Virus record (IMG/VR): IMGVR_UViG_3300037418_002260
Span: 3,987 to 67,986 of that record
Reading direction: 5' to 3' (one strand)
Length of the DNA: 64,000 nt
DNA from: a virus
Taxonomy: Duplodnaviria; Caudoviricetes
Below the pieces are notes generated by a model that was given only the letters and a program-made list of their open reading frames with translations, ran no database searches and was not told the DNA's origin. Positions 62,809 through 64,000 of the stretch are shown in pieces (the first letter of the stretch is position 1; each line of letters opens with the position of its first letter). The position numbers and the translations under genes were made by a program.

Positions 62809-63049
62809 AGACGCGCCCCTTCACCCCGCTTAACCATACCGGATTCATTTTCTACGAACGACCTGCAATTAAGTGTTGACCAAACTGCATTCTTGCAGCC
62901 AGGGTGTTCGTGCTCGGACCAACTAGGGACTGATTCGTGGGGACGAACCAGTCGGGGATTAGGGGACAGAATAATGAGGTCTGGATAACCCCACAGTCAA
63001 TGCGGTGATTAAACAAAAATTTAACGCTTGATTGTGAGTAGGAACAGTT

Positions 63050-63457
63050 ATGCCCGAGCGGCTAAGCAAGCTGCCGACCTTTACGATGGTCGGCGACGAC
63101 AACGAGATTAACCTGTGGCCGGTTTCGGGTCCAGTCGGCTATACGGAAGGCAACAACATCGGTCGTGCTCGCGCTGCCGACCTGGTCGAAGTGATGCGGA
63201 GAACCAACTCTCCAGTGCTCCTCGCGCATGTCATCGAAGCGATCGTCAACCGCGGAGAGATTGGCGCCGTCGAGACCGGCTTTTTCCATGCCATCTCGAA
63301 AGAACTGTTGACCCCGCACATCCTGACAGAGTTCGTCACGGTGCCGCCTGAGCGCCAGTTCAGGGTCGGTCGGCAGGTCGGTCATCTCAAGGTAGTTGCG
63401 AACGAGGACCTCGAGGCGCACGAGCCGACGAAGCCACGCGCCATCGCAGTCCGATAA
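63050..63457 (+). CDS. Hypothetical protein
   Basis: AGGA RBS; 135 aa; divergent from the HTH gene. Confidence 0.65.
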   Translation: MPERLSKLPTFTMVGDDNEINLWPVSGPVGYTEGNNIGRARAADLVEVMRRTNSPVLLAHVIEAIVNRGEIGAVETGFFHAISKELLTPHILTEFVTVPPERQFRVGRQVGHLKVVANEDLEAHEPTKPRAIAVR

Positions 63458-63588
63458 TGAACAGAACGGTCAGGCCTGCTGCGACTCCGAATCTAAGCTA
63501 AAGGTCTGACGGGCGCGGTCGCGAGACCGCGTATTGCCGGGACGGTCGCCCTCTGCTCGTCACAGAACGTGAAGGCGACCGTCCTTTT

Positions 63589-63726
63589 CTATGAGAAGCG
63601 TCGCCTGAGTTCGTGTCGATCGCCGCATCGGCAGGAAATGCGGAACAGGTGAATCCGCCGCGTGTGCCACAACACCTTGCGCTCAGTGAGAGGATGGCCG
63701 AGCCAGCTGCAAAGCCAGCGCGCCAC
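63589..63726 (-). CDS. Small Cys/His-rich hypothetical protein
   Basis: GTG start just after the upstream stop; ARWLCSWLGH...CRCG. Confidence 0.45.
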   Translation of the reverse strand: MARWLCSWLGHPLTERKVLWHTRRIHLFRISCRCGDRHELRRRFS

Positions 63727-63728
63727 CG

Positions 63729-64000
63729 TCAGGCCCGATACTTGCCGTCGATGATGGTCAGGAGCGTGCGGCGGCTGTTCGGGTAGGTGACGCCCTGCGT
63801 GTGGCTCCAGCCGCTCGGGCCGCTGTTGTAGCCCTGGTCGAGCTTGCCGCAGAGTCCGACCATGTGAACCCCGTCGAGGATCTTCGCGGAGTGGCCGTGA
63901 CCGACCGTCAGGCGGACGCCGACCTGGCTGAGATTGACGACTGTTCCTCGAGCACCGTTCGGCCCCTCGTCGCCGTGCATCCCGCACTCGATTCCACCTC
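63729..64000 (-). CDS. C-terminus of a conserved phage protein (possibly metallophosphoesterase-like); 5' part outside the window
   Basis: HGD.GPNGARG...VGHGHS...GYNSGPSGWSH...YPNSRRTLLT..DGKYRA. Confidence 0.7.
   Translation of the reverse strand, partial: GGIECGMHGDEGPNGARGTVVNLSQVGVRLTVGHGHSAKILDGVHMVGLCGKLDQGYNSGPSGWSHTQGVTYPNSRRTLLTIIDGKYRA

Noticed and set aside
63009-63025. CtrA box (TTAA...TTAAC)
   Set aside because: The spacer is 8 nt, not the canonical 7, and it is a single instance.
1-64000. Diversity-generating retroelement, retron, group I/II intron or intein
   Set aside because: No reverse-transcriptase motif, no TR/VR pair, and no LAGLIDADG/HNH insertion or intein ends seen in terminase, polymerase, helicase or primase.

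Overview
The window is most of the genome of a temperate tailed phage (siphovirus-like, high GC), probably infecting an alphaproteobacterium such as a sphingomonad. The host is inferred from GapR-, CtrA- and DnaA-like genes. The att site carries only the 3' 20 bp of a tRNA-Leu-like gene and has phage genes on both sides, so this looks like the attP-joined (excised or virion) form. Layout: 1-21.6 kb, minus-strand tail and lambda-like head genes (GpA terminase, gpW, portal, S49 protease, decoration protein, capsid E, tape measure); 21.6-26.1 kb, DNA-modification genes around the small terminase; 26.1-29.2 kb, AlpA, integrase, attP and an XRE repressor; 29.3-39.3 kb, a Chi/Nazgul-like replication module (VRR-NUC, SF2 helicase, PolB-type polymerase, DUF2815 SSB, DUF2800, primase-helicase); 40.5-41.3 kb, a non-coding repeat-rich region that may be cos or ori; 41.4-48.8 kb, compositionally distinct small early genes; 49.7-62.3 kb, an accessory operon (CtrA-like DNA-binding domains, MazG-like proteins, acyl carrier protein, deoxyribosyltransferase, dNMP kinase, DnaA-C, GapR, two more methyltransferases). 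Most notable observations: 14 mostly unrelated proteins end in a shared (acidic)-x-x-hydrophobic-Ile-Gly C-terminus; a probable second subunit is encoded out of frame inside the C5 methyltransferase; a 15-bp motif family occurs over 20 times; identical 10-bp-phased repeat arrays occur at attP and at the putative cos/ori; and several host cell-cycle regulators are mimicked. All family assignments come from motif recognition by eye, not from database searches.
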